Source: a virus (lineage: Duplodnaviria > Caudoviricetes). Taken from it: 57,282 bases of DNA. Location: positions 1-57,282 of IMG/VR virus record IMGVR_UViG_3300037780_000037; one strand, 5' to 3'. This document shows positions 1 to 9,274 of the stretch, piece after piece (position 1 is the stretch's first letter; the number at the start of each line of letters is the position of its first letter). The notes below the pieces were generated by a model, which was not told the origin of the DNA, searched no databases, and saw only the letters and a program-made list of their open reading frames with translations. The position numbers were made by a program, and so were the translations under genes.

Positions 1-147
1 ATCAACGGCCCCGCCTTCTTCCCAGGGAATCAACGTAGGGCGTAGCTTGACCGCTCAAGCTGAATGATTACCAGCCGGGGTTATTTATAAGCCGCGAACG
101 AACCCACTCACCCTACCCCCCCCCCCCACCAGAGTGCCCCCTCTACC
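1..147. repeat. Direct terminal repeat, left copy (or circular assembly overlap)
   Basis: Identical to 57137-57282 except for the poly-C tract (12 C here, 11 C there). Confidence 0.95.
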
Positions 148-619
148 TCCTGATGGCGTAACCCCCCACCCCCCGGCATAGTTGACATGTAAAGTATCCC
201 GAGGTAGCCGCAGCCGATACCGCACTTGTCGATCCTACGTACACGTACTATCCCGTTTCAGACCCGCAGCCGATGCTGGACCTGCTCAACCGCCTTCTAG
301 CCGCAGCCGTTCGTTTACCTGCTCTGATGGTTGAGGTGGTCGAGGTGCTGCACTAGTGATGCCGCCGATGCTGGTTCTATTCGTCCGAGTCGATTCCAGC
401 GGTGGGAATCGGTTTCTGTGCATGTCTAGCCCGATTCCCAATAAATTCCAGAATCCCCAAGTCCTTACGTTTCAACGGGTTATGGCTCAATCTTCTCAAA
501 CAATACCGGAAAGCCTATTGCCAACAATACAAGCCGCCGATATCCTGCTGTAGGCAGGACGCCAAAACGGTTGGCGTGGTCGCCTGGTTCGGTTCTCTCT
601 CTCTCTCTAGGTGTTAAAA

Positions 620-1039
620 ATGATTGACGATCAAAATTGCTGGGAACTAGGTTTGGATATGGTCCGCGAAGGGCGGGGCAGTTGGTCACTGTCTGCTAAT
701 TGTAAAGTAGCTTGTGGTTTGCGAGTGTTAGAATGCGTCACTACTGAGTACCAGAGTTGCTTAGATCGTGAATACTTGAAAGAGCTTGTTGATCAAGTCC
801 GCGGTGCTGGCGGTAATCAAGTTGCTCTTGCGTTCTTACGTCGCGTTAGATCGTTGGTCCATCCTTCGATCCGCGTGGGTCAAATTTACGGTCAGCGTGG
901 GAACGGATGCAATATCGAGATCATCGCGTTTGAATCCGATGGTTGGATTCGAGTCGAGTTCGAGGATAACGGTGAAATTTGCCTTTTCCATCGATCCGTA
1001 TTTTTTGACCATTTCCGGGGCGTAGTTTCTCGCGTTTGA
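620..1039 (+). CDS. Hypothetical protein
   Basis: ORF with ATG at 620, followed by a hairpin terminator. Confidence 0.6.
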   Translation: MIDDQNCWELGLDMVREGRGSWSLSANCKVACGLRVLECVTTEYQSCLDREYLKELVDQVRGAGGNQVALAFLRRVRSLVHPSIRVGQIYGQRGNGCNIEIIAFESDGWIRVEFEDNGEICLFHRSVFFDHFRGVVSRV

Positions 1040-1059
1040 ATCGCCGCCAGTCAATTATT

Positions 1060-1090
1060 GCCCCCGGTGCCTCGGTGCTGGGGTTTCTTC
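1060..1090 (+). terminator. Probable intrinsic terminator
   Basis: CCCCGGTGC-ctcg-GTGCTGGGG stem (with G-U pairs), then TTTCTT. Confidence 0.55.
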
Positions 1091-1136
1091 TGATCGTGCT
1101 TTGTTTTTCTCTCCCATTAGTTTTTAAGGTTCTAAA

Positions 1137-2366
1137 ATGTCTATTGCTTCAATCACTGCCGCTGATGTTATCCTGTCCTTGCAAGGTAAGACTCTGACTC
1201 TCGATGCTCCAACCACTTGGACCGTGCCCACTGCGGATTTGTACGTGGTTTGTGAATGGTGGCGATATCATGTCCAAGGCCCTGACCGTGTTAGGTTTCC
1301 CGACGTTCCCGCGATAATGTGGGAAGCTGAGTTAGGCAATCGATTAGAGCAAGCGGGTTATCCGGTTATGATGCGTGCGAGCGGTTGCACCCTGATAAAA
1401 CATGTAGACGGGCTTCCCAAGCCATCAAAGATTGTCGGCAAGTATTTTCACGAATTGCGGCAATTGATCGAGCCCCACTACATTACTCGGCCATTCGATC
1501 GCACTGCTATGGGCTACGCATACGGTGCTGATGCTGTCATGAGTGGTGAGACTGAGAAATTGGTTTTAGGTGGGATCAAGAAAACCAAGGTATCCGATTG
1601 CGTGCTGCACTTTTCGCGGCAGTGGTTCTCTGAGGATGGCATTTATGGCGATGCTGGCTCTTGTTTCTATCCTGGTCGCGACTATGGGCATTGCTCGGAT
1701 GGGATCATCGACAACGGTGGTCTAGTTGTTCGTGTCATTCATCCCGATTATGCCTCCCTGGCTGAATCTTCATATGTCGATGATGACGCGATAGACGAAG
1801 CGGGGGCGGCTTTGGGTCGTTGCTGGTTGATGCCGTGCGATAATGTGGACGGGGTTGTGGTGTGTAATTCGTACAACAAAACTGGTCACGGTTGGCTTAA
1901 TCGTGAAGTTATAGCTAATTGTTTGCGTGATCATATCGTGGAAAAGTTTGGTTGTGATTGGCAAGTGGTAAAAGCTGAATCAGGGGAGGCGTGTGGTTGG
2001 TACGTAAACGGTTCTTCTGGTTTCGTCGTCTCGTCTCATACTCCCCGGTACTTTGATCTACCAGACATTGAAGAAGATAAATCTGTAGAATGCGATTGTT
2101 GCGGCGATAGGTTCGATGATGACGAACTAGAGAGCGTAGCAAGTGGGGAGCGGGTTTGTTCTTCGTGTCTGTCTGATTCGTACTTCCTCTGTGAAGTCTG
2201 CGAGGAATACCACCCAACGGATGAAATGCAAACGGTCTATGATTGGTCTGACGGTATGGAACGGTATGTATGTGATTGCTGCATCTCGAACGATTCGGAT
2301 ATTCAGATGGTGCCCGATTGGATAGGTGGCAGTGAAGGTATTCACTACGTGGACATGAGTCGATAG
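1137..2366 (+). CDS. Hypothetical protein with C-terminal CxxC zinc-ribbon repeats; paralog of 49992-51530
   Basis: CDCC/CSSC/CEVC/CDCC at the C-terminus; shares GDxxSCFYPGR, GRxxxMP and YVN motifs with the 49992 ORF. Confidence 0.8.
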   Translation: MSIASITAADVILSLQGKTLTLDAPTTWTVPTADLYVVCEWWRYHVQGPDRVRFPDVPAIMWEAELGNRLEQAGYPVMMRASGCTLIKHVDGLPKPSKIVGKYFHELRQLIEPHYITRPFDRTAMGYAYGADAVMSGETEKLVLGGIKKTKVSDCVLHFSRQWFSEDGIYGDAGSCFYPGRDYGHCSDGIIDNGGLVVRVIHPDYASLAESSYVDDDAIDEAGAALGRCWLMPCDNVDGVVVCNSYNKTGHGWLNREVIANCLRDHIVEKFGCDWQVVKAESGEACGWYVNGSSGFVVSSHTPRYFDLPDIEEDKSVECDCCGDRFDDDELESVASGERVCSSCLSDSYFLCEVCEEYHPTDEMQTVYDWSDGMERYVCDCCISNDSDIQMVPDWIGGSEGIHYVDMSR

Positions 2367-2383
2367 TTAATTCCATCTCTCCG

Positions 2384-2411
2384 GCCCCTGGTGCTGTACT
2401 GGGGGCATTTG
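2384..2411 (+). terminator. Probable terminator hairpin
   Basis: GCCCCTGGT...ACTGGGGGC followed by ATTT. Confidence 0.45.
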
Positions 2412-2429
2412 TCTTTATGAGGTTTCACT

Positions 2430-2633
2430 ATGTCAAGAACGATTTTTTTCTGTGGTACTGAGTTGCGTTTGCGTGGTCGAATTAGCTTTAACTCGGTTGT
2501 TCTCCGTGGCGATGGTTGGGGCTGGGGTCGCGATCTCGCCGGTGATTGGTACGTTGTGCGTGGTGATCATGTCGAGCGGTTAGCAACGGGTGAGGATTTG
2601 TACCAGATGCGTTCGTTTGTGGAGTCGTTCTAA
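2430..2633 (+). CDS. Hypothetical protein
   Basis: GAGG Shine-Dalgarno-like sequence upstream; 67 aa. Confidence 0.6.
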   Translation: MSRTIFFCGTELRLRGRISFNSVVLRGDGWGWGRDLAGDWYVVRGDHVERLATGEDLYQMRSFVESF

Positions 2634-2634
2634 T

Positions 2635-2886
2635 ATGTTTGAACCATGCCCATTCCAGCCCCTGGCGAGTCATTTAGAACTGCGGGGGAATCTAATCGTG
2701 CTGGAACATAACGGGGGTTATTTGGTCGCGTGGGACGACTCGGCCCGGCGATTGTGCGAGTCGGTTCCTACTCTCCGGCTCCGACAATCCTGGTTCGGTG
2801 TTTGAAGTGTTTTGAGGTTCGCCCCTGGTGTTGGTCGTTTGGTGGCTGATCGTACTGGGGCGAACGTGGCTGTAGTTCGTGTTTAA
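2635..2886 (+). pseudogene. MutS domain-I-like mini-protein interrupted by TGA at 2803-2805
   Basis: The frame stays open after the TGA (SVLRFAPGVGRLVADRTGANVAVVRV) to TAA 2884-2886, which is directly followed by a terminator. The pattern resembles the MutS_I fold. Confidence 0.4.
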
Positions 2887-2891
2887 TTCCT

Positions 2892-2922
2892 AACCCCCTG
2901 GGGCGTGTGCTCTGGGGGTTTT
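2892..2922 (+). terminator. Intrinsic terminator
   Basis: AACCCCC...GGGGGTT stem followed by T residues. Confidence 0.6.
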
Positions 2923-3045
2923 CTCGTTGGTGGTGTACTGAATCGGGTAGGCTGGTTTGCGTGCGTTAGGTGGCATCCTGTTGCGTTGTGGCATAGGATG
3001 CTGGTATAGTCTGCGGTTTTAAGGTTTGAAACAATGGGGGCAAGA

Positions 3046-4200
3046 ATGGCTGATGAGGATAGGAAAGTGACTGGGAAGGGCAAGGGCAAGCGTCCGATGG
3101 CGGTGCGAATGATGAGCGAGAACCCGGAACAATTCGCTAGATTGCTCGATGTGCTCCGATTGGGTACGACGTTAACCAGTGCTGCAAGTCATGCGGGGAT
3201 TAGTCCGAGTGCTCTGAGATATGCTTGGAAGTGGTGCGAGGGTAACCCGAAACGTAAAGAGGCTAGACAGTGGCTAAAGGCTGTGAGAGGTGCAATCGCG
3301 GCGGCTAGGTCGCTAACGGAAGCGGAATTGCGTAAATCGTCGCCGTTAGTGTGGCTGGAACGTGGACCGGGAAAGTTATTAGGTGATGATTGGAATCAGT
3401 CTAGTAATGATGAATCTAATAAGTCAGAATCTAATACAATCACACAACGTGAATTGATAGCCGCACTTATCATATTACGTAACGCTCGCATCAGCATTGA
3501 TGAGTTGATAGATAGTGGCCGCATCTATGAGGCTATCAACCCAACGGAATCTAACATCATAGAAGCCGCATCTGTTGCTTCACCTGCACAAGCCAATCTA
3601 ACACATGAGGTTTCAGGTGCGGCCAATGACGATCAATCTCATAGTACGTCTACGTACCATACTAATGCGGGCGAAGGTACGGGTATGGGTGCGGGGGGCT
3701 ATATGGAGAGTCCTCATCACCTCCCTCCAAACAGTCAAGAAAACAATCCTTCCTCTCTGCGGGATAAAATGTCTGATGATGAGGTTGGTACTGTTGCTTC
3801 TATCATGGGGCCTCCTACCGAATCTAATAGCTCTGATGAGCCAGACACCCCGGTACCCTTAAATGATGATGGGGTGGGGGTAGATAATTTTTTTGATGAG
3901 TCTGATACAAGTGAGGTTCCTGCAAACAGTAACTTGTCACCTGACGATATTAGGAAGAAAGCTGTTGCTGATCTTGCGTCTAATAGTCGGCAATGGCGGG
4001 ATGATAATAAGGTGAAAGCTAAACGGGTAACACCTGTAAAGAAGGAGTCGGGTGTTGTGCGAAAGAAACGTACTAAGTTTTCGGTACCGCCTAATAAGGA
4101 TAAAACTGTTGAGGAGTTTGATAAGGAAGCTGTTGAAAAGATTGATAAGGAACTGGATCACTTACCGGAATCCCTTCGAAAATTCCTGGGAGAAGATTGA
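3046..4200 (+). CDS. Terminase small subunit-like HTH protein with long acidic/disordered extension
   Basis: N-terminal 'LRLGTTLTSAASHAGIS...W...G...A.A' and 'WLER' pattern typical of phage TerS-like proteins; lies upstream of terL. Confidence 0.6.
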   Translation: MADEDRKVTGKGKGKRPMAVRMMSENPEQFARLLDVLRLGTTLTSAASHAGISPSALRYAWKWCEGNPKRKEARQWLKAVRGAIAAARSLTEAELRKSSPLVWLERGPGKLLGDDWNQSSNDESNKSESNTITQRELIAALIILRNARISIDELIDSGRIYEAINPTESNIIEAASVASPAQANLTHEVSGAANDDQSHSTSTYHTNAGEGTGMGAGGYMESPHHLPPNSQENNPSSLRDKMSDDEVGTVASIMGPPTESNSSDEPDTPVPLNDDGVGVDNFFDESDTSEVPANSNLSPDDIRKKAVADLASNSRQWRDDNKVKAKRVTPVKKESGVVRKKRTKFSVPPNKDKTVEEFDKEAVEKIDKELDHLPESLRKFLGED

Positions 4201-4289
4201 TTATGACTATCGGAGATGGTATTAGTATGGCTGCGTTGTTTGTGTGTATGACTGTTTTTATGATTTACTGGTGTGAAAAGGAGAGTTAG

Positions 4290-4820
4290 ATGAGATTGTT
4301 ACTATTGTTGATGTTGGTGCCCGCTGCTGTTCATGCTCAAGTAGTTGTTGAGCCGGACAGAGGAAATCCTGAATTGGAGGTTCTGGTACCGTGGGAGAAT
4401 GGACCCTTCTTAGGTTTCTTTCTAGTGGAGACTAAGAACATTACCTATCTACCTGAGTTGGCTACTAATCCGGGTACTCAGTTTAATGTAGGGGTTGATC
4501 TGTTAGGTGATGCACTCCGGTTTGGTGAAGGTCATTTGCATGGTTGGGTATTTCGACTGAATAGAAACGGGGAGTTGATTAGGGATGATGGCCCTCTTCC
4601 CAGCCCTGCTGCTTATGCTAGGTTCTACGGGGCTGGCGGTGCTGAGTTCTTTGGTAACGAGCAAAAAGGGTACTACTTTAAGACGGATGATCTGAAAGAT
4701 CTTAGACGGGGGCGGTATCGAGTCTTCTTCCAAGCTCAACAGAATGATCATACGGCTATGACACAGATCAGTGCCCCCGCGTTTCCGGCTATTGCTTCTA
4801 GGGATTTTTGGGTTTGGTAG
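4290..4820 (+). CDS. Secreted His-rich protein (DUF4399/DUF6130-like)
   Basis: Signal peptide MRLLLLLMLVPAAVHA; GEGHLH and QNDH motifs. Confidence 0.55.
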   Translation: MRLLLLLMLVPAAVHAQVVVEPDRGNPELEVLVPWENGPFLGFFLVETKNITYLPELATNPGTQFNVGVDLLGDALRFGEGHLHGWVFRLNRNGELIRDDGPLPSPAAYARFYGAGGAEFFGNEQKGYYFKTDDLKDLRRGRYRVFFQAQQNDHTAMTQISAPAFPAIASRDFWVW

Positions 4821-4881
4821 TTTTTCGGTTACTTTACACCCCACAGTTTCAATGTATTCTGTGGGGTCTTAGGAATTTATT

Positions 4882-5496
4882 ATGAGTGAATCAAATGCTG
4901 ATGTACCGTTTTATACATTCGTTGTGTATCAAGACGGGGAGTACGATGTTCGCGGTAAACTGTATATGGGTAAAGAACTGGTAACCGATTTACATTGTAT
5001 CGATTTTAAGAATTTGCTCTCTGATGCTGAAATACACAAACTAGATTTGATGCACGCCCCTAATAACTTTCGCAATAAAGACTGGCTATACTCCCGGTTG
5101 AGAATGCACCCAACTGCTATCAGATCAGGCGGGGTGATTGATAATCAAGGGGTTATTCGCTATCTGAAAAAGCCCCCCTCTTCCCAGGAAACTCAAGGGG
5201 AAAAGCCCAAATCGGATGTAGTGTGTCCTGGTATTGATCAGGTGCCGTTTTGTTTGCTGGAACGGGTAGGTGCTATCTTTGCTGAGGGTGAGGTTAAATA
5301 TGGCAGGGATAACTGGAAGCAGGAACCTGATGATAAGAGTTACGATCAGGAACGTATGCGTCACGCTTTAAGACACCTACATTTGTATGCTGATGGCGAT
5401 AGGGCTGAAGATCATTTGGCTAAGGTTGCTTGGTTTTGTGCTACTACTATGTGGAGAGAAGATGCAAATAATAGCGTTAAACGGGCTCACGATTAA
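4882..5496 (+). CDS. dATP/dGTP diphosphohydrolase domain protein (DUF5664) with N-terminal extension
   Basis: GEVKYGRDNW, RHALRHL and EDHLAKVAW motifs. Confidence 0.8.
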   Translation: MSESNADVPFYTFVVYQDGEYDVRGKLYMGKELVTDLHCIDFKNLLSDAEIHKLDLMHAPNNFRNKDWLYSRLRMHPTAIRSGGVIDNQGVIRYLKKPPSSQETQGEKPKSDVVCPGIDQVPFCLLERVGAIFAEGEVKYGRDNWKQEPDDKSYDQERMRHALRHLHLYADGDRAEDHLAKVAWFCATTMWREDANNSVKRAHD

Positions 5497-5959
5497 ACCT
5501 GCTGTTGATGGTAGGATTGGTTCCTATCTCCCAGGAAGCGTTGAGGTTTATAGGTGGAACTGGAGAGCTAAAGATGTGTGTTGGACCCGTTGGACAATAT
5601 TTACCGAAATTGGTAGCGAACCTTATATCTTGGTTGGCTTTTCTGATGGTGGTACTATGGCTCACCGTGTTGCTCATTTGGACAATCGGTGCATTGGCTT
5701 GGTTGTGCATAGTGGTCTTAGAGCTTCCATACCACGTATACGAGATATACCGACGTTACTGGTGACTACGAATGGGGATAGGACTGGTTGTAGACAAGCG
5801 ACTGAGGATATGTATGATCGTTACACAGGCTATGTTACTAATTTAACTTTGGCTGGTGTACCATTTACTAGACCACATAGTTGGTACGAGCGTTTACTAA
5901 AACATCAATTCCATAACGCCTCTGGATTGATTAATGATTGGATTGCGTTGAACTACTAA
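5462..5959 (+). CDS. Alpha/beta hydrolase (esterase-like)
   Basis: Nucleophile elbow LVGFSDGG; downstream Asp (GDRT) and His candidates. Confidence 0.75.
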   Translation: MQIIALNGLTIKPAVDGRIGSYLPGSVEVYRWNWRAKDVCWTRWTIFTEIGSEPYILVGFSDGGTMAHRVAHLDNRCIGLVVHSGLRASIPRIRDIPTLLVTTNGDRTGCRQATEDMYDRYTGYVTNLTLAGVPFTRPHSWYERLLKHQFHNASGLINDWIALNY

Positions 5960-5968
5960 GGTTTAATT

Positions 5969-6322
5969 ATGGCTAAAACTAAGAATGATTCACTGTCTTT
6001 AGATGATCTTGATGGTATGGGTTCTCCTGTAGAACCGAATGATATGGAGGCTAGATTACAGAAAATCGAACTGTTTATGAAGCGGTTTGATGGCAGTAAT
6101 ATGAACCTAACAGATAGGCAAGTTGTGTATCATGCTGCTTATGTAGCTATCTTACAAGGGATGTTAAATTTTAATCCTTCTATGCTGAAAAAACCTGATT
6201 TGTTGTATACGTATCTTCGGGACGCCAAAGTTGCTGCCGAAATGGCTTTGGTTGTCCATGATGGAGGTACTAAAGGAGAATTTACTGGCGAGTTTAAGTT
6301 GAGAAGGGAGAAAGGTGAATAA
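5969..6322 (+). CDS. Hypothetical protein
   Basis: 117 aa ORF; TAATG overlap with the next gene. Confidence 0.7.
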   Translation: MAKTKNDSLSLDDLDGMGSPVEPNDMEARLQKIELFMKRFDGSNMNLTDRQVVYHAAYVAILQGMLNFNPSMLKKPDLLYTYLRDAKVAAEMALVVHDGGTKGEFTGEFKLRREKGE

Positions 6323-6903
6323 TGCCTAGACCTAAAAAATATAAGCTAATTGGTGCTTATCTTAGAAAACTTAGGGTGGCTAAAGGTATCGAACGCAATT
6401 GGTTAGCTAAAAAGCTATCCAGAAGCACTTCCGATTTAATGAATATGGAGTTGGGAATTAGGGCTATACCCAATCTTCGTACCTTGAAATCTTGGGTGCA
6501 TTATTTAGATGCTGTCGATAAGTTAGATACTGCGGTTAAACTGTATATGGCTGATGGTCATAAGTTAGAGGTTGATATACGTGCTTTAACCCTGGAAGAA
6601 AGACTTAGATTGGTGGCTATAACCAATGCGTTTAGAGCTAGGAAAGTGCATCCTAACTTGATTGAAGCTATTGATCAAGCGTTGTTTGAAAAACCTGTGA
6701 CAATCCAAAAATCTAAGCACGTAGCTCCAAGCGTGAAGATCGGTGAATCACCAGTTATGACTGAATTTGATTACAATCACACCACGGGAAACGTGGAAAA
6801 TACTAGGGAGTACACCAATGACGAATGGAAAAATCAAGGGCAAAAGGGGGGAGTTGGAGGCAGCAAATGTCTTGGGGACGGTCCTGGGCCTGAAGATGCG
6901 TAG
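6322..6903 (+). CDS. XRE-family HTH DNA-binding protein
   Basis: IGAYLRKLR...LAKKL...S..L.NME.G.R pattern. Confidence 0.75.
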   Translation: MPRPKKYKLIGAYLRKLRVAKGIERNWLAKKLSRSTSDLMNMELGIRAIPNLRTLKSWVHYLDAVDKLDTAVKLYMADGHKLEVDIRALTLEERLRLVAITNAFRARKVHPNLIEAIDQALFEKPVTIQKSKHVAPSVKIGESPVMTEFDYNHTTGNVENTREYTNDEWKNQGQKGGVGGSKCLGDGPGPEDA

Positions 6904-7222
6904 GTCTCAGCAATATGCGGGTATCAACGGGGATGCAGACATTGTAGGCGTTCCTGGACTGCATGTAGAGGTTAAACGCCAAGAGAAAATGGATATGTAC
7001 GGGGCAATGGAGCAGGCTCATAGAGATGCTGCTGAAGACGATGTACCAATTGTTATGCACCGTAAAAATCGTAGACCTTGGGTAGTTATCGTGCAAACAG
7101 ACGATCTATTGGAGTTCTGCCGAACCGTAGTTGCTGCTGCTGAACAAGCTCCTATAACCACACCTAAACCCGTAAAGAAAGCAAAACGGGCTGTTAGAGT
7201 ACGACGACCATCAGCGGAATAA
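6818..7222 (+). CDS. Holliday junction resolvase (Hjc-like PD-(D/E)XK nuclease)
   Basis: KGKRGELE...RSQQYAG..DADI...HVEVKR; AGGGAG SD before ATG 6818. Confidence 0.85.
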   Translation: MTNGKIKGKRGELEAANVLGTVLGLKMRRSQQYAGINGDADIVGVPGLHVEVKRQEKMDMYGAMEQAHRDAAEDDVPIVMHRKNRRPWVVIVQTDDLLEFCRTVVAAAEQAPITTPKPVKKAKRAVRVRRPSAE

Positions 7223-7273
7223 TGCTCTCTCCCAGGGAATGGTTTCTTTGGCAATTAAAAGAATACCATAACC

Positions 7274-8809
7274 ATGTTAATAAGTAAGTACGTACCTTCT
7301 AAGTTATTTCCAAAACAGATTGCTGTATCGATGCTTCCACATATGGAGGCTCTTTATGGTGGTCAGGCTGGAGGAGGTAAATCTGAACTATTGCTTGCAT
7401 TAGCTTTGCAGTATGTTCATATTCCTGGCTACTCAGCTATTGTATTCAGGCGTACTTTAACGGATTTGAAACAGCCTGGAGCTTTACTTGATAGGGCTCA
7501 CTCTTGGCTTAGAGGTGCTCCCGGATGTAGGTTTGCTGGTGATGAGCACACATACTATTTTGAAACTCATTGGCCTAATGGTGTTGTAGGACACCCTGCT
7601 AAATTAGCTTTTGGTTACATTGGCGAAGCTAATATACAAACTCGTTACCAATCGGCTGAGTATCAAACAATTCTTTGGGACGAGTTGACTCAGCATGAGG
7701 AGACTAACTATTTATATCTGTTTTCTCGATTGCGTAAGAAGGTATGCCCTGTCCATAAAACAACTAATGACGGCAAACCTAATTACAAATCTGACTGTAT
7801 GTACTGTCAGGTTTACAGTTCCTTACCTTTACGGGTAAGAGGAGCTACTAACCCAGGAGGTATTGGTCACCAGTGGGTAAGAGATAGGTTTCAGATTGAA
7901 CCTGCGGAAAACATACCTATTTATGAGATCAGGGAAGATGATACTAACATTAATTGGATTGGTAAACATCCTGATAGACCTTTTATTCAAGCATCTTACC
8001 GAGACAATCCGCACATTGATCAGGAAGGGTATGCTAAGGCTCTTGATGAATTACCACCTATTGAGAAAGCTCGTCTCAAATATGGTAATTGGGCTGTTAA
8101 TGTTGATGCCAGATTCAAACGTAGATGGGTAAAGCATTATTCAACTAGAGGTGATAGGTACTTTTCCCTGGGAAGAGATGGTGTTGGCAAAGTTGTTGAT
8201 TTCAAAAATGACATTCAACGTACTTTTGTTACCGTTGACCCTGCTGCATCTAAACGCGAGGGTATGACAGAAATGGTGGTTAACAAAGGTAAGGATGCTT
8301 CTTGGACTGTAATTGCTGTTTGGGCCCTTACTAATGACTACCATCTACTGTTGTTAGACGTTATTAGATTTCAAGACGAGATTCCTGCTGTTGTTCAAGC
8401 ATTAGTAGAAGTTAATAAACGATGGCGACCGGCTTATTTTAGAATTGAAGGTAATGGATTGGGTAAAGGTGTTGTTCAATACTCTCAAATATATGGGCTT
8501 ACAGTAAAAGAAGGTAAACGCTATACCGATAAAGTGGTTAATTCCACCGCTGCCCAACTTAGAATGGAACAAGGACGTATTTGGTTTCCTCAGTGGGCTT
8601 CTTGGCTCAAAGATTGGGAAGATGAAATATTTAACTGGACAGGGGATGATACCCAAGCTGATGACCAAGTAGACGTATTAGCAGATGCGGCTCAAGATGT
8701 AGTTTGGGAAGCAGGAGACGACCGAGATAATAAAGAAGAATACACAGGTTCTACAATGGATTACCCTGGTTGGTTTGGTTATGACAGTTTACCTACCTAT
8801 GGTATTTGA
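7274..8809 (+). CDS. terL: Terminase large subunit
   Basis: Walker A GGQAGGGKS, Walker B WDE, GATNPGG, nuclease motifs VDPAAS and DDQVD. Confidence 0.95.
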   Translation: MLISKYVPSKLFPKQIAVSMLPHMEALYGGQAGGGKSELLLALALQYVHIPGYSAIVFRRTLTDLKQPGALLDRAHSWLRGAPGCRFAGDEHTYYFETHWPNGVVGHPAKLAFGYIGEANIQTRYQSAEYQTILWDELTQHEETNYLYLFSRLRKKVCPVHKTTNDGKPNYKSDCMYCQVYSSLPLRVRGATNPGGIGHQWVRDRFQIEPAENIPIYEIREDDTNINWIGKHPDRPFIQASYRDNPHIDQEGYAKALDELPPIEKARLKYGNWAVNVDARFKRRWVKHYSTRGDRYFSLGRDGVGKVVDFKNDIQRTFVTVDPAASKREGMTEMVVNKGKDASWTVIAVWALTNDYHLLLLDVIRFQDEIPAVVQALVEVNKRWRPAYFRIEGNGLGKGVVQYSQIYGLTVKEGKRYTDKVVNSTAAQLRMEQGRIWFPQWASWLKDWEDEIFNWTGDDTQADDQVDVLADAAQDVVWEAGDDRDNKEEYTGSTMDYPGWFGYDSLPTYGI

Positions 8810-8854
8810 CAGAATGATCACGATATTGAATCTATTCACTTTGGAGGACCACAA

Positions 8855-9274
8855 ATGGCAGATATCTCTATAACTGCGAGTAATGTTGTCCCTGCTACAG
8901 ACGCTTCTACGGAAGTTATTCTGCTAGGTGCAGATGCTGATGCAGGGGATATTTTAGTTTATGACTCAACCGATGGCGATTGGGTGCTTGCTGCGAATTC
9001 GTCTGCTGCTCTTGCGGGTAATGGCGATCCGCTGCAATTAAGAATGGCTACATCAAGTGGCGTTGCTGGTCAAAGCGTGTCCGCTGTACGTCCTGGGAGT
9101 AAGGTTACAGTCGGTTCAGTATTAACAAAGGGTCGTTGGTATGTGCTATCTACTGGTGGAGCTATTAGCCCCGAATCAGACGCTACAACTAATGACTGGT
9201 CTACACTCATTGGATATGCTGTTTCGGCAACTCAACTCTCATTTCAACCAATTGTTACGGGAGTTCAAGTCTAA
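8855..9274 (+). CDS. Probable minor capsid/cement structural protein
   Basis: MADISITASNV start, Ala/Gly/Thr-rich, located in the head cluster. Confidence 0.55.
   Translation: MADISITASNVVPATDASTEVILLGADADAGDILVYDSTDGDWVLAANSSAALAGNGDPLQLRMATSSGVAGQSVSAVRPGSKVTVGSVLTKGRWYVLSTGGAISPESDATTNDWSTLIGYAVSATQLSFQPIVTGVQV

Noticed and set aside
182-210. TTGACA at 182 as a promoter
   Set aside because: No acceptable -10 hexamer at 16-18 bp spacing.
356-617. Short ORFs in the left terminal region
   Set aside because: No SD, repeat-rich context and no recognisable motifs.
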